Part shown: piece by piece, positions 60,366-64,000 of the stretch
Layout: every line of letters begins with the position of its first letter
Position numbering within the stretch: the first letter of the stretch is position 1
Source: Lama glama
Lineage: Eukaryota
Direction of reading: 5' to 3'
NCBI GenBank assembly: GCA_028534125.1
Contig: CM052816.1
Location: forward strand, 96,784,001-96,848,000
Length of the DNA stretch: 64,000 nt
Translations under genes and position numbers: made by a program
The notes under the pieces: model-generated
The model's input: the letters and a program-made list of their open reading frames with translations, nothing else
Databases searched by the model: none
What the model was told of the DNA's origin: nothing

Positions 60366-62689
60366 GTGAGTCTCAGGACGCCTGTGCTTCGTCTCTGTCT
60401 CCGAGGACAGAGAGCGGAAGGGCTTCGGGCAGGAAACTTTTAATGTGGGCTGTTCAATTACTGATTTTACTGGCCTTGGGCCCTTCCTTTGAAGTGACCC
60501 GACTCTGACTCTGCCCCCGCTCCTGGACGGTCCGCGTTTCACCCCCGTCCTTGTCACATCGCTCCTGCTCCAATATGACCTCTGACCCCACCTGTCTCCG
60601 TAAGCCCCTGATCAGGACCCGATTCCCTGGCGCAGCTGCTCCGCTGAGCGTTTGTTCCCGCAGGTGGTTTGTCTGTCAGGAGCCCTGAGATGCTGGCGGG
60701 GTCCGCGGGCCGCGGCGTCGGGGGTGGGGGGAGGCAGAGCCGAGGAGAAGACAGAGCTGTGACTGACAGACGCCCATTCCTGGGCTCTGAAGACATGGCA
60801 CGAGGTCCCAGAGGAGCCATGGCTTCGCGCAACTACAGGCACCGCCTTTTCTAGGTCCCCAGGTTCCTGAGATGCTTCGTTCACGTAAAACCTGCGATGC
60901 CCTTACAAGGTCTGTAAGGGCAGAGTCATTCCTTTCCGTGTGCAGGGGTGGGGGAGAGAGACGAAACAGATGGAGACGCTCAGATATACGCACATTCGGG
61001 GTCTTCCCTACCTCCCGTTTCTCTGATCTGAACTCCGCCCCCTCTTGGCTCTCCAGTGTCAAAAGAGGAAATCTTTCATTCCTTAGAGGAAGAAACATTA
61101 GATGTCACATGACTTTCCAAGAATCGGCCTTCCTGGCGCATTGCTCAGTGTAGCTGAGAACGTTTCTTTGCGCTCATTTTTCTGACAAATGAAACCATTT
61201 TCATCTCTAGAACGCTAATTAACACACGGAACCCAGAGCTTTACTGTCTTCTGTTATTAGATGGATACAAGATCGAGGTTTAGTTACTAAGATACCTGCT
61301 GCCTCGTCTCTCTCCAGGCCTCATTATGAGAGCGCACAGCTCTCCAGGAAGATTTAGAACGTACTTACAGCACCTTTATTTGAAATGTATGCCAACCTTA
61401 GACAGTATCTAAATCTTTGTCATAAATAAGCCATTAGTTGGCCCAAATGTTTTCTAGACTCTGACTTGCTAGAATCAGCCATTTGACCATATGACTTTTG
61501 TTTCTCATATGCTTACATAAAACATGTTTGTAAGGATGCGTTTATGTGTGTGCGTGTGAAACAGACTGGCTGAAAGAAGAGAGGACAGGAGAGAGAGGGA
61601 GAGAGAGGGAGATCGTGCACGCGAGAGCTCTTGTTGGATGGTCCTGGATGCTCTAGGTGAGACTGAGGACCATTTTCCTCCCAAATTCATTTCTCTGCTT
61701 AGTTTTCCTGTGGTTTACATTGAAGGGAGTGCTTTACTGTTAGTAGAGGGAGGAAGGAAGAAGGGAATGCCTTTTGTATTTATTTTATTTTGTTTTGTCT
61801 TGATTTTATTTTACGTAGAAATTATAGGAGAGAGAGGAGACACACAGAGACGATAGAGCCAATGATCTGCTATCCGTCAGCTGCCACATCTCAGAGTGGG
61901 AGTAAGATTAAAGCAAGTTAGCAGCTAGGTTAAGAGGCAATGCCACCACGTAGAAACAGTGTCTTCTCAAGAGATGTGGATTCCGGACACTAGCCGTGGA
62001 CACACAGCCTGTCACGGCACCTCACAGGGACACCCCTTGACTCTGCCCCAATACTGCTCCACCTCTGTCTTCAAGCCACCCAGCCACTCTGCTCCCAGGC
62101 CACACTGCTGCCACCCAAGACGCACACAGACAGTCTTGCTGCTTAGATTCATGAGAAGTTTTCCCTTAGAAGTGAATTCCCAGCAGCATCCCGGTAGCAA
62201 ATAAAATTACGAGCCGCGCTGGGCTTTCCTTAGTGCAGGCTGCCGAAACTATCCAGCCTGTGAGTATACAAAGCCATCTCCTTCCTCTGCAGCTCCCAAG
62301 TTGCAGAGAGCCCAGCAGAGGACCTGGAGGCCTTCAGGGAGGCGGAGGGCCTGGGACCTAAGTCTCCCTGACGAAGATCACCAACCCAGTAACCACACTG
62401 GATTGTTTCGTGGTTGAGAAGTGAGTTCTGCTGGGTTGAATCCAAACGCTGGGAGCTGTCTATTGCAGCATGGAGCCTCTCCTGGTGACACTAACATGCT
62501 GAGTTGCCACAATATCGTATTATGGAGGGTTTTGCATTTGTAATTTTTAATTGCTTCTTTCTGACTTTCTTATTAATGAACAAACATATTATACATTTTC
62601 TGTATTCCTTGCCTAAGGTTCATCAATTTTTATTTTCAAATGAGGAGATTCTTAAAACTATAAATCAATCAAGGCCTGAAAATTTTTCT

Positions 62690-63110
62690 TAGAGACAATG
62701 TGACTATTGCAGCATTATTTCAAGCCATAGGATCACCAAGAGTTCTCCAGCCCCTGGGCAGGTGATCTTTTCTGCCCCACCCTTTCCCTCTGGCCACTGC
62801 TTCACCTGGTGGTCTGGCAGCATCGTGGCTCAGTTGTGCTGCATAGCCATTGTCTTCTGCCCTGAGGTCCCTTCCACAAGGTGAGCTTGCCTGTAATAGG
62901 CTGAGACACAAGGTAAAGCAGTGATAAGCCATCAGCTAAAGCCAGTTTAGACCATCGGGTCCCCGCTGACCCAGCCGCTGACCCCAGATGCGTGAGTGCG
63001 CCCTGGATAGATTAAAGAACCTCAGCTAAATGGCTTACCCACAGAACAGTATGTTAAGTAAAGAGTTCTTTTAAGCCACTACGTTTTCGGTCGGCTTGTT
63101 ATGCAGAAAA
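62690..63110. mobile_element. MLT1-type LTR relic
   Basis: cttttaagccactacgttttcggtcggcttgttatgcag end motif and cagatgcgtgagtgcgcc. Confidence 0.65.
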
Positions 63111-63449
63111 AAATATCTGATGCAAATATACCGTTTTCAATTGCCGTCAATAAAAGGGTTCAAAATTCATTCTCATTTAATATGGACAGCTCCAGCCAAG
63201 CACAATCACTGACTCACCTCAGGTGAGGTTAATGCTACCATTTTTCAACCACCTTCTCTGTAAAATACAGACTGTGACCTTCATTGCTCTGACCTTGTAT
63301 GGAAAGCCATCCTGAGCCACCAGATTAATCACATCATGTTGGCCAGACCTGGAACAGGATGCCCCGTGTGCCCTACGGAGTCTCATGCCAAGTAGCAGGA
63401 GATAAACACCAGATGATACCGAGGCCAGCCACATGGTGATGCATTTAGA

Positions 63450-63960
63450 GGCCGACTGTGGCTGACAGCTTAGGAAAACTGTTCTAATTGAAAGTGCTGG
63501 TTATCCCGACTCACATCCGCTCACACTGAGATTTGACCCTGCAACTTCAGAGAGTCTTTCAGGGGCAGTAGATACCACATATTCATAAACTCTCTTTTCC
63601 CAGACATTAGAGCCAGTTATGGCTTTAAAGACTCGGTGACAGTGTAACTTAATGTTGGGGTAAACAGATCCAAATGGTGTAAGTGGTGACCTGTAGCAGG
63701 CCCCCTTGGTTCCGAGCATCACGGTCCCTTAGCCCACCTTTGATTTAGACCAAAGCCTGAGTAGGCAGTGAGATGTGAGTTCACACTCAGCTTGTGATTA
63801 CAGCCCCAAGCCTCAAAAGTGCACACGCCTTTCCACCTCCACTCCACGTCCTTCTCTGATGGCACGTGGTCTGGTTGGCTCACAGGCAAATGCAGTTCAG
63901 ACATTCAGGGATTCAAAACTCCTGGGGGCAAACTTCAACCAATGATCCGTGGAGCTAGAA
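63450..63960 (+). mobile_element. ERVL-class internal end plus LTR relic
   Basis: PPT-like aagtggtgacc followed by tgtagcaggccccct...cccttagcccacc. Confidence 0.4.
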
Positions 63961-64000
63961 GAAAGTCACTCAGCCGGCCATCCTTCAGACAGGCAATTGT

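Overview
Mammalian genomic DNA, read by eye with no database search. It is probably laurasiatherian and most consistent with a camelid or other cetartiodactyl: it has cetartiodactyl-type L1 3' ends and ERV1 solo LTRs, and I recognised no Alu, B1, Bov-tA, PRE1 or Can-SINE. There is a 500-N assembly gap at 25331-25830 inside a CpG island. I see no intact protein-coding gene, and the ORF track is mostly fragments or antisense shadows. Hand translation shows three hidden layers under the usual repeats (MIR, L2, L1, MLT1, Tigger, hAT, ERV LTRs). (1) A very large multi-exon gene on the minus strand spans about 1-52100. It has more than 30 recognisable exons with AG/GT boundaries and many consecutive matching splice phases, but it is riddled with stops and split by L1 and LTR insertions. 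This is a candidate ancient unitary pseudogene of a protein I cannot name. (2) In one of its introns lies a roughly 2.5-kb decayed non-retroviral endogenous viral element (about 11250-13740, minus). It carries a near full-length class III glycoprotein of the chu-/nyami-/arto-/borna-virus type, plus a second, possibly matrix-like gene upstream, and is interrupted by MER5A. (3) A decayed coding exon of another unknown gene lies on the plus strand at 59742-60365. All homology statements come from motif recall and need HMM or BLAST confirmation.
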